Source: a virus (lineage: Duplodnaviria; Caudoviricetes). From it: 64,000 nucleotides of DNA. A program made the position numbers and the translations under genes. The stretch is from positions 11,382 to 75,381 of IMG/VR virus record IMGVR_UViG_3300032075_000001; one strand, given 5' to 3'. Numbering within the stretch: position 1 is the first letter of the stretch; every line of letters starts with the position of its first letter. This document shows, one piece after another, positions 20,314 through 27,697 of this stretch. The notes beneath the pieces are model-generated. The model ran no database searches, was not told where the DNA came from, and saw nothing but the letters and a program-made list of their open reading frames with translations.

Positions 20314-22709
20314 GCGACGATCTCAATCTCCCACCATCCCTCCGTCTCAAGCACCTCTGGCCCATCGAGGACAAGCTGGAGGATGCGCGGCGACAGCGAC
20401 TCAAGGGCGGCGGGTTGATTCGTCCCGCTCTTCACGAAGCGCAGAAGAAGATGAAAGCTGAAGCGCGCAGGTTCAATGTTGCTGCGTTAGGCCGACGCGC
20501 GGGTAAGTCAGTATTCGGTCAGGATGTCAGTGGCGACTATCTCATGGCGGGTTGGCCTGTCGGGTGGTTCGCACCCTCATACAAGATTCTCGCAGATAGC
20601 TGGCGCGACTTACAACGAGTGTTCGCTCCAGTGACAGTGGACAAATCCACGCAGGAGCATCGACTGGAACTCTCGACGAAAGGGGTGCTGGAGTGCTGGT
20701 CGCTGGACAATCCCGACGCAGGTAGAAGTCGCAAGTACAAGCTGGTGATCGTTGACGAAGCAGCCCTCGTGCGTTATCTGGGAGATGCATGGCAAGCGTC
20801 AATTCGACCCACTCTCACTGACTATCAAGGTGATGCGTGGTTCCTCTCCACTCCACGTGGCTCGAACTTTTTCCGCACGATCTACAACTGGGGACAAGAT
20901 CCACTCAAAGACGAATGGCGCTCGTGGCAGATGCCGTCGTCGGTCAATACTACCCTCACCGATCTCGACAAAGAGATCGAAGCGGCGCGATTGGAACTGC
21001 CGGAGCGCATCTTTCGACAAGAGTATCTGGCTGAGTTCATCGACGACGCGGGTGGAGTGTTTAGACGAGTGCTCGAATCAGCTTGTGCCACTGCTCAAGA
21101 CTCAGCCCTCGATGGACATAACTACCTGATCGGAATCGACTGGGGCAAGTATAACGATTTCACGGTGCTGAGTGTAATTGACGTGACGACGAAGGAGTTG
21201 GTCTACGTGGATCGCTTCAATCAGATCGACTACACCGTGCAGATTGAGAGGTTGCGCACGCTCGCCACGAAGTTTAAGACGAAGACTCTCATCCCTGAGC
21301 ACAACTCCATCGGCATTCCGCTGATTGAGCAACTCCAGCGTGAAGGCTACAACGTCCACCCATTTACGACCACGAATGCGTCTAAAGCTGAAGCGATAGA
21401 CTCGCTCGCGCTTGCGTTGGAGAAAGGCGATTTGCGCATAATTGATAACCCAGTACTGATTGCTGAATTGCAAGCCTATGAAGCTGAGAGATTGCCGAGT
21501 GGGATGCTGAGATATTCGAGCCCGGAAGGTTATCACGATGACTGTTTGCCGCAGGGAACGCTGATTAAAACATTGACTGGCTATCGTCCAATTGAAGAAG
21601 TCCAACCCGGTGATCAGGTGCTTACTCATCGCGGTCGCTATATGCCCGTAGAGAGGGCGATTACCAAGCCCTTCTCGGGCCTGTTTTATGATTGTAAATT
21701 TAGAAATCAGCTAGAACTGTCGCTGAGCCACAATCACCCAATATTGGCTGTCTGCCGCGACTACACCGGCGATGTCTCTGGTCCATTTACACGCGAGCAG
21801 TGGGTATTACCGGGCGACTGGCGTAAATCTTACCGTGCGGTAACGGTAGTTGAATCTCCAGTACTGCGTGTTGGCGATGTACTGACAGAACGTGAGTTTT
21901 ACACCAATGGGAAATGCGCGGTGAATATCAAGTTGCGAGAACTGCAACTTGATGAAGGATTTGCAAGCTTGCTCGGGCGCTTTCTTGCCGATGGTCACTG
22001 TTCCAATTCTTCGGGCTGGACCATGAGCCTCGCATTTAACGTTAAAGATGTGCATTCGATTGAGTACTTTCGCTACTATCTCAACTTGCTGAGAATTTCT
22101 AATAGAGCGGAGAAGGCGCGAAGTAACTGCGTGGCCTTAACGTTTTCCAGTAAGCTATTATGGCATGCCCTGAAGACCTGTTATTCATCCTCCGGCGAGA
22201 AACAGCTCCCGCCTTACTTTCACCGTTTACAAGTTCACGGTAAAACAGTGGTAGATGAATGGTTGGCTGGCGATGGTTGGCACCGTCCTCCACACGTAAC
22301 GCAACCGAACGGCGTTACGGTTCAGTCTCCCGGCTACACGATAGGTGCGACCACAAGTGCGCGACTGGCTTTAGGAATGCGAGATCTAGCTCTCGCAAAT
22401 GGGCTATACGCAACGGTAAGAAAATATGAGCGGCGGCGTTACGAAAAGTCTACTAAGCCTCAATATTGGGTTACGATAAAAGAAGACGGTTCCGAGAATA
22501 ATCATTCCCGAAAGCTCTCTCCGGTTAGTTACGGCTCTCCCGTGGAGACTATTGCCGAACGGCAATTTGAAGGCACGGTCTATAATCTTCAAGTTGCCGA
22601 AGATAGATCATTTATAGCGAATGGCATCGTGGTCCATAATTGCGTCATCAGCCTCGCCCTCGCATGGCACGGAGCCAGCATCAGGCCGAGACGGGTGCTG
22701 TATGCGTAG
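20310..22709 (+). CDS. terL: Terminase large subunit, intein-containing
   Basis: GRRAGKS Walker A, LVIVDEAA Walker B, STPRGSNFF, IGIDWGKYNDFTV and GYHDD|CVISLALAW nuclease motifs. Confidence 0.95.
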   Translation: MSDDLNLPPSLRLKHLWPIEDKLEDARRQRLKGGGLIRPALHEAQKKMKAEARRFNVAALGRRAGKSVFGQDVSGDYLMAGWPVGWFAPSYKILADSWRDLQRVFAPVTVDKSTQEHRLELSTKGVLECWSLDNPDAGRSRKYKLVIVDEAALVRYLGDAWQASIRPTLTDYQGDAWFLSTPRGSNFFRTIYNWGQDPLKDEWRSWQMPSSVNTTLTDLDKEIEAARLELPERIFRQEYLAEFIDDAGGVFRRVLESACATAQDSALDGHNYLIGIDWGKYNDFTVLSVIDVTTKELVYVDRFNQIDYTVQIERLRTLATKFKTKTLIPEHNSIGIPLIEQLQREGYNVHPFTTTNASKAEAIDSLALALEKGDLRIIDNPVLIAELQAYEAERLPSGMLRYSSPEGYHDDCLPQGTLIKTLTGYRPIEEVQPGDQVLTHRGRYMPVERAITKPFSGLFYDCKFRNQLELSLSHNHPILAVCRDYTGDVSGPFTREQWVLPGDWRKSYRAVTVVESPVLRVGDVLTEREFYTNGKCAVNIKLRELQLDEGFASLLGRFLADGHCSNSSGWTMSLAFNVKDVHSIEYFRYYLNLLRISNRAEKARSNCVALTFSSKLLWHALKTCYSSSGEKQLPPYFHRLQVHGKTVVDEWLAGDGWHRPPHVTQPNGVTVQSPGYTIGATTSARLALGMRDLALANGLYATVRKYERRRYEKSTKPQYWVTIKEDGSENNHSRKLSPVSYGSPVETIAERQFEGTVYNLQVAEDRSFIANGIVVHNCVISLALAWHGASIRPRRVLYA
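21543..22640 (+). mobile_element. Intein (366 aa) with a LAGLIDADG homing endonuclease
   Basis: Starts CLPQGTLIKT..GYRPIEEVQPGDQVLTHRG; LLGRFLADG and EWLAGDGW motifs; ends VYNLQVAEDRSFIANGIVVHN followed by Cys(+1). Confidence 0.95.
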
Positions 22710-24074
22710 ATTCGATAGCGGCTAGAGCGGCGAGACAGATTGCTTCCGCGAGTGACTCGGCCTCGGCATTCCTGCTCGACTTCACTGTGCCCTTGCAGAA
22801 TGATGCGTAAGGCAACTTTCCTTCGTACAACGTACAGGCGAATGACCAGCCCTGTTCCCGCATCTTCTCAACTACCCGCATTGCAGCTTCAATGGATCTG
22901 GCAAACTTCGGAATGTCATCGTTGAACTGATCGTCCTGCATTCCATCGATTTCAGTCAAGACCCATCCCAGTTCGCGCCATACTTCCGCAGTCCCCGGTG
23001 AGAGAAACTGGTTACGCTCGACTTCATTTGCCTCGCAATGAAACCAACGAAAGTTAAAGACGCGCTTTGCTACTTCAAGCTCAAGCTCTCTTCCACTTAG
23101 TTCTTCAGACATCTCTCAACACTCCCTGAAGAATTACGATCACCCAGAATAAACCCGCGTAGAGGATCGCTATCCATCTTGACGATAACTTCCAGATCTT
23201 CATTGCAATGAGTGGGACGATCGCTGGGGTTAAACTTACAAACACCGCATAGCCAATCCGGTTCAAAGGATTGCAACCAGATAGAAGTAAGCAGATTGAG
23301 AGACTCAGTACGAAACCTGAGACAGTTGAAATTAAGAGGGTTAAGCTAGGTGACAAAATACTGCTCTCCGATCTCAGCGTTCACGGATAACCTCCGAGTC
23401 ATCAGGCAAACTCTTGTGACCCCACTCCGGCCCGCCCATGCCGCCTGTAACCTTACCCCACGCCGATCCGTTTTCATCGTCAAGATAGAATGTCTGCTTG
23501 CCGTAGTTGACTTCAACCGCCACGCGCTCAGTACCTTCCATATCAGCGCACCACCACGTAGGTTTTTCAACTGTACCGACGCGGACAATCACTCGGCGAC
23601 AGTTTGCTGGCTCGCCATTCCAGTACGTCTTCTCTGGTCGTGGGCCTGATCTCAGTATGAACGACGACGACTTACGTGCTCGCCGTCTCAGTGAACTTGC
23701 AATGCTCATTTGAAGTCCTCGTAAATCGCGTCTAACTCTTCGTCTGTCGGCTCCGTGACTTTCGAGAAGTCTACCTTACTGAAATCAACTCCGGCAGCGA
23801 TAAGGTTTTTAACAATACCCCGCGCGATCAGTGGCCCTGTTCGGCGGAATCGTTCACGAAAACGAATCTTTGCAATTTCTCGCAGAATTGCAATGTTCAC
23901 GTCGTCGCGCGTGGCGTATTCAAATTCGTCGCTTCCGGTTGATAGGCTAGACATACGCGACTCGCTCTCCCAATCAGAACCAGCCCGCCATGCCCCTCGC
24001 ACAACGGGCCAGTCCTCACCATACAGGAAACCACTCCACGGAGGAGTGATCGAGGGGGAGTGTAGCATAAGCAA
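22681..24074 (-). other. Four leftward accessory genes (22681-23112, 23105-23356, 23374-23709, 23706-24074)
   Basis: Abutting ORFs; 23105-23356 is a multi-TM membrane protein. Confidence 0.6.
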
Positions 24075-24080
24075 TTCGAG

Positions 24081-24109
24081 TTGACAAGATGTTGTGCACA
24101 GTGTATTGT
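24081..24109 (+). promoter_or_regulatory. Sigma70-like promoter with an operator
   Basis: TTGACA 24081-24086, 17-nt spacer, TATTGT 24104-24109; ACAAGATGTTGT at 24084-24095. Confidence 0.75.
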
Positions 24110-24142
24110 TCCTTTTCTAAATCTTAATCGTTGGAGAAGGAA

Positions 24143-24874
24143 ATGCCAAAACTACATCAAATCATCGCTATCGAAGAAGACGCGAAGAACAAGATAGGAT
24201 CTGTCACCGCAATGCTGGAACGGGAAGCGTTAAAGCCCGATTCGTTTAACGGACTAGCTCGCACGTATCGACCAAAGGACGAAGGCGGTGAACCGCTACC
24301 TCCTGAACATAAGCGAGTACAGTTAGACGCGCGTAAAGAAATTGACAAGTTCATCAAAGCCAAGACTGAATTGATCGACCTGACTGCGACGAAGGACTGG
24401 GCCAACATGGAAGCGCGGGCCGATGTGGAAGTTAACGGTCAGGTGATTCTTATAGCGGTACCTGTTACTCATTTGCTATTCCTAAGCAAGCAGTTGGACC
24501 ACTTTCGTAACTACGTCGAGAAACTGCCTACGTTGGACGAATCCGAGGAGTGGAAAGTAGACCCATCAACCGGACAGTGGCGTACGGATATTACAACTCG
24601 CCACCGTACCGAGAAGATAGTTGACTTTAAGACTGTCTCAGAAGCGACGAAGGAACACCCGGCTCAGGTGGCCCAACTAACTAAAGACGTAACAGTCGGC
24701 TACTGGGACCAGACTAAGCTGTCGGCGGCGCTTCCCGTGCCGCAGAAAGAGGAACTGATTACGAAGATTGAGGAACTGCTTAGCGCGGTCAAGTTAGCAC
24801 GCGGCAAGGCCAACGAGGTCGAAGCTCCGAGGCAAAAGATCGCTGACACGTTATTTGAATACGTGTTAGGCTAG
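24143..24874 (+). CDS. Uncharacterised 243-aa protein, recalled as the DUF7873-type family
   Basis: GGAGAAGG RBS then ATG 24143; MPKLHQIIAIE, RTYRPKDEGGEPLPPE, TATKDWAN..ARADV, LLFLSKQL, EATKEHPAQV and KLARGKAN match my recollection of a widespread bacterial and phage family. The family name needs HMM confirmation. Confidence 0.75.
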   Translation: MPKLHQIIAIEEDAKNKIGSVTAMLEREALKPDSFNGLARTYRPKDEGGEPLPPEHKRVQLDARKEIDKFIKAKTELIDLTATKDWANMEARADVEVNGQVILIAVPVTHLLFLSKQLDHFRNYVEKLPTLDESEEWKVDPSTGQWRTDITTRHRTEKIVDFKTVSEATKEHPAQVAQLTKDVTVGYWDQTKLSAALPVPQKEELITKIEELLSAVKLARGKANEVEAPRQKIADTLFEYVLG

Positions 24875-24986
24875 CGAGTGTGGAAGTTTTAATCTGAGGC
24901 TTAGGCTGAACATGAGAATCAACCTATTCCACAGAATCTTAAACCGATCACTATCTGAATGAAGGTAAGCTAAAGCAAAACTAACA

Positions 24987-25066
24987 GTCCTATGCGTGGG
25001 TTCGATTCCCACCGGACGCTCCAAATATTACTTATGCGTCCGTAGTTCAGCGGTAGAACATGGGAC
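24987..25066 (+). ncRNA. Circularly permuted tRNA-like element (Gly-type acceptor, no anticodon loop)
   Basis: 3' half: GTCCTA-TGC-GTGGG-TTCGATT-CCCAC-CGGACGC-T-CCA (24987-25023); 12-nt AT linker; 5' half: GCGTCCG-TA-GTTC-AGCGGTA-GAAC-A-TGGGAC (25036-25066). The acceptor has 7 Watson-Crick pairs, and the D, T and anticodon stems all pair. Confidence 0.85.
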
Positions 25067-25117
25067 ATTGAAACTTAGCGCAATGGCAAGCCGGACACGG
25101 ATATAGATGATCAAAAC

Positions 25118-25190
25118 CGCGACATAGCTCAACTGGCAGAGCGCAAGACTTATAATCTTGAGGTCGCAGGTTCGACTCCTGCTATCGCAA
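25118..25190 (+). tRNA. tRNA-Ile(UAU), class I
   Basis: D stem GCTC/GAGC, anticodon stem CAAGA/TCTTG with loop CT-TAT-AA, variable loop AGGTC, T arm GCAGG-TTCGACT-CCTGC; acceptor CGCGACA/TATCGCA has two C-A mismatches; CCA not encoded. Confidence 0.8.
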
Positions 25191-25198
25191 ACTCAATG

Positions 25199-25238
25199 GG
25201 GCGGGTGGCTAGGGTAAGCTGCTCGCCCTGTAATCTTC
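25199..25238 (+). terminator. GC-rich hairpin, probable terminator
   Basis: GGGCGGGTGGCT/AGCTGCTCGCCC 12-bp stem (with GU pairs) followed by TGTAATCTTC. Confidence 0.5.
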
Positions 25239-25243
25239 TCGGG

Positions 25244-25273
25244 TTGACAATATCTTGTGGAACGGGCTATTCT
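25244..25273 (+). promoter_or_regulatory. Sigma70-like promoter with an operator
   Basis: TTGACA 25244-25249, 18-nt spacer, TATTCT 25268-25273; ACAATATCTTGT at 25247-25258. Confidence 0.65.
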
Positions 25274-25276
25274 AAT

Positions 25277-25382
25277 CCCCGTCTCGCTGCTGTGTGCAAA
25301 GAGGAAGACGCCGCCTGCCAGTCAGGTGCTCCGTAAAACGGAACTAAGGGATCGCGGTTCGAGTCCGCGTCGGCGGGACACC
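25277..25382 (+). ncRNA. Degenerate tRNA-like RNA
   Basis: T arm CGCGG-TTCGAGT-CCGCG (25353-25369), hairpins CGCCT/AGGTG and TCCGT/ACGGA, partial acceptor CCCGTC/GGCGGG; no canonical D arm. Confidence 0.4.
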
Positions 25383-25410
25383 TAACAACGATTAAAATGG
25401 AGCGACGACG

Positions 25411-27593
25411 ATGAGCGCGAACATGGACGAAGCAATCGAGCGGCAACGTAATCTGCTCTACGCTCCGAAGACCGATGAGCAGTTGATTATGATTGCACTG
25501 CATCATCTTCTTGAAGGAGTTGGCCTGAAGATGCCAGCATTGCAACGCGAGCTATACGATCGTTATTACGGCGAGCGAGCCAGTAGCGCAAAGTCGGGGA
25601 GAAAGTAGTCGTGGTGAAAATTCTTGTACTAGCCCATGACGGCAAACCCGAGATATTGCACGTCTTTGAAGATGAAGGCGAACAGGTGAATTACTATCAT
25701 TATACTGGAACGGACTGCCCTTGCGCTCCGGTATTGAGTGAATCTAACTCGGGCGGCTACGTGGTTAGGCATTGTTCATTTGAAAAGGCTGTGCAGTGGA
25801 ATAGCGGTTACTAAGGAGATAGACAATGCAACGTCAAGCCGAGCGTCACACACGCTTTCAGACATTTGTCGTGACCATGCCCTACTGGGAGACGTGGACC
25901 GAGCAAGTCAAACGTAACGGCGAAACGATCGAGCGCGGCAACTGTCGTCGGATTTCTCGCCGTACTCGTCGTGACATGGCCCGTCAGCGAGCAAGGCGTG
26001 AATATCGCGCGGCTCATAATTTACCGGAGCCGCAACATGGATGAACGAGAAGAGGCTGCCTACGCACTGGGCCAGAAGTCGATCTATCGCGAGATGTTAG
26101 GTACGGCACTACGACATCTCGACAGCGATGAGTATAGCCGTGAGGAGTTAATTAAAGAGCGGGTCGATACGATTGCTGTCCTGCGTGGTCTATGTGAGGA
26201 GCACGGCGATAACGACTGGGACGACGATCTCTACTTGGCAGATGTTGTCAGTAAGCACTTAGGTGATCACTTGGATTCGTAACCTATGGTCAAACTCGTC
26301 TACGCCACCTGTCGTCACTGCGGGCACAAGTTCATTCCGCGCGTTGAGCAGCCGCGTCAGTGCGGGGCATGTTGGGGTCTCTCTCCACTGAGAGATACGC
26401 CGAGTAACAAGAAGAATGGACCAGTGAGTGAAACGCGGAAGAAGGAGGGGAAGTGATGGGCGGAGAGATTTCATTTGACGACTTAAAGAAAATACCCGGT
26501 ATTGATGAGAAGTGCGAGGGCGGTGTTTATAAGATGCCGCCTTTCTTTGCCGAGGTGGAGGTTCATGCAGATCGCGAGAATGCGACAATGGCGGTCCATG
26601 CCCTGACGGAGATTGCGCTGGAAACAAAGAACAAAAGTCTTGCCGAGAGTTGTCGTGACTTAATTGTTGACATAATAGCTGAATATGGAGTTGCGAACGG
26701 TGCGGGGAAGGAGCAGAAGTGAGCGATGAATACGATCGCGAACGGTTTACGCGCTACATCAAGGCGTCCAAAATGCTCGAAGAGATCGTGACGATGACAG
26801 CAGACGCCGAACCCGGCTACTGGGGTCATTGGGTTCCTTTTCAGGAAGGGGTAAAGATGCTTGTCAGGGCGCGTAATAGCGGGTCATTGGATTTAATTGC
26901 TGCTACTGGTAATGCAATTTGCGAGTCGGCTGAACGAGCCCGCCGGAAACTACCTCCGAGGCGATCAAGGAGCCCGAGCAATGAGTGAGCGAGGCGAAGA
27001 ACTGACGACGCAGCAAGTAGGATGCCTGCTAATTTTTTCCGTGCTTGCACTGGTTATTATGATTGTATGGGTGAGTAAGGGCTCCACTGATCAAATCCGC
27101 GACCTCCAGCGTCGTGTGGGCCAGTTGGAATCGGAGCGGAGATGAGAACCATAGCACAGTACGAACTCTGGGAGCGCGCACTTGCTGAGATGACGGACGA
27201 ACAACGCGCCGAGATTGAATCTATGATCGCCAACGCTCGCAGCGTGGAATTTGTCTTCAATTGCCCAAAGGTAAAGTACGGCCATCGCGAGACGGCGGAA
27301 ACAGCAGCGGAGGCAATGCACGCAAAGACCGGAGATAGTTATGACGCCTATCAGTGCGACTTCTGTGGTTCGTGGCATATTGGGCACTCGAAGGGTTAAT
27401 GACAATGATCTGGGCCAGTCGCATTATTGCCCTTCTCAGCGGCATCCTCTTCGGCTATTGGTGTAACCTCGGCGGCACGCACGTTGACTGGTGGTTATGG
27501 GGCAAGTTTATGATTGCCGCCACGCTTGGAGGACTGGCTGCGGACCTGCGTCGGGAAGCTAAGGTCGCAAACACAACCAAAGCCAGCCTGTAA
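25411..27593 (+). other. Array of small rightward accessory genes
   Basis: Abutting ORFs 25411-25608, 25611-25814, 25826-26044, 26453-26722, 26719-26988, 27142-27399 (YQCDFCGSWHIGH motif) and membrane ORFs. Confidence 0.65.
26286..26456 (+). CDS. Small zinc-ribbon protein (56 aa, not in the ORF track)
   Basis: Manual translation: MVKLVYATCRHCGHKFIPRVEQPRQCGACWGLSPL... Confidence 0.6.
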   Translation: MVKLVYATCRHCGHKFIPRVEQPRQCGACWGLSPLRDTPSNKKNGPVSETRKKEGK

Positions 27594-27697
27594 ACCTGTC
27601 GGAAAAGCAAGCTGGCCCTAGTTGGTTCCATAGGGATTGGAAGATGCCGCGCATTATACCTCAACTTCATCGCTAATTCCATGCTACATTCCCACTC

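Noticed and set aside
24987-25066. Calling the permuted element a two-piece tmRNA
   Set aside because: It has a full D stem, G3-C70 and U73 (Gly-like) rather than G3-U70 and A73, and no recognisable tag reading frame or pseudoknots.
24882-25115. CRISPR array or ordinary small ORF in the periodic tracts
   Set aside because: There are no identical repeats with spacers and no cas operon; the tracts change register and contain stops without a usable RBS/start pair.
15229-25190. tRNA genes as prophage attachment sites
   Set aside because: No integrase, no duplicated tRNA 3' end and no host genes are visible; a temperate lifestyle cannot be supported or excluded from this window.
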